Source: Eledone cirrhosa (lineage: Eukaryota). Taken from it: a stretch of 64,000 nucleotides of DNA. Position numbers and translations under genes: made by a program. Below, piece by piece: positions 63,335-64,000 of the stretch. The DNA lies in the NCBI GenBank assembly GCA_964016885.1, contig OZ024751.1, positions 33,356,001 through 33,420,000 of the forward strand, read 5' to 3'. The notes under the pieces were generated by a model. That model was not told the origin of the DNA, did not search any database, and was given only the letters and a program-made list of their open reading frames with translations. The number at the start of each line of letters is the position of its first letter. Positions within the stretch are counted from its first letter, which is position 1.

Positions 63335-63905
63335 ATGGTGGTATAGTGGTGGTGGTGGTGGTGGTGGTGTGGTGGTGATGGTGGTAGTGGTTGTGGTGGT
63401 GGTGGTGGTGTGGTTGTGGTGGTAGGGGTGGTGGTGGTGGTGGTTGTGGTGGTAGTGGTTGTGGTGATAGTGGTGTGGTGGTGGTGGTAGTGGTGGTAGA
63501 GGTGTGGTGGTGGTGGTGGTGGTGGTGGTGGTGGTGGTAGTGGTGGTTGTGGTGGTGGTGGTGGTGGTGGTAGTGGTTGTGGTGATAGTGGTGTGGTGGT
63601 GGTGGTAGTGGTGGTAGTGGTGTGGTGGTGGTGTGGTGGTGGTAGTGGTAGTGGTTGTAGTGATAGTGGTGTGGTGGTGGTGTGGCGGTGATGGTAGTGG
63701 TGGTGGTGGTAGTGGTGTGGTGGTGGTGGTAGTGGTGTGGTGGTGGTAGTGGTATTGGTGTGGTGGTGGTTGTTGTTGTTGTGGTGGTTGTTGTGGTGGT
63801 TGTGCTGGTGGTGCTTGTGGTTGTTGTGATGGTGGTGGTAGTTATTGTGGTGATGGTGGTTGTTGTGGTGGTGGTTGTTGATTTTGTGGTGGTGGTGGTG
63901 GTAGT
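63335..63905. repeat. (GGT)n-rich trinucleotide array
   Basis: Direct inspection. Confidence 0.95.
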
Positions 63906-64000
63906 AGCGACAAAAGAATTGGAGATAGTAGTTGTGGTGATATTTTGGGCATTGGTATGTGTGCATATGTTTGTGTGTGTGTGTGTATGAGTGCTATACG

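Overview
AT-rich eukaryotic non-coding DNA dominated by repeats. The composition and SINE families look cephalopod (octopus-like); this is an inference from recalled repeat consensus, not a search result. Nearly all ORF-track entries are translated microsatellites. Recognisable content: (1) a 5'-truncated but stop-free Penelope-like element ORF (RT C-terminus plus GIY-YIG endonuclease, 30459-31247) that the ORF track missed; (2) decayed RTE-type and HERO/R2-like LINE RT fragments; (3) many copies of two tRNA-like SINE families, three with clear 18-19 bp TSDs; (4) a Tc1/mariner-like MITE; (5) a 3.5 kb 28-bp satellite, several minisatellites and kilobase (TA)n-derived arrays; (6) one plausible start-codon exon at 58327-58475. 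The main signal is a set of short elements, mostly embedded in (TA)n, that carry minimal type I hammerhead ribozyme motifs (core CUGANGA, stem II, GAAA, palindromic hexamer, UH). Several are near-perfect head-to-head palindromes (39082-39459, 51011-51341, 16831-16949, 60076-60451, 61530-61804). The two largest ribozyme-bearing ones carry the motif on both strands. Their stems covary, and a C-C mismatch in stem II is shared by three copies.
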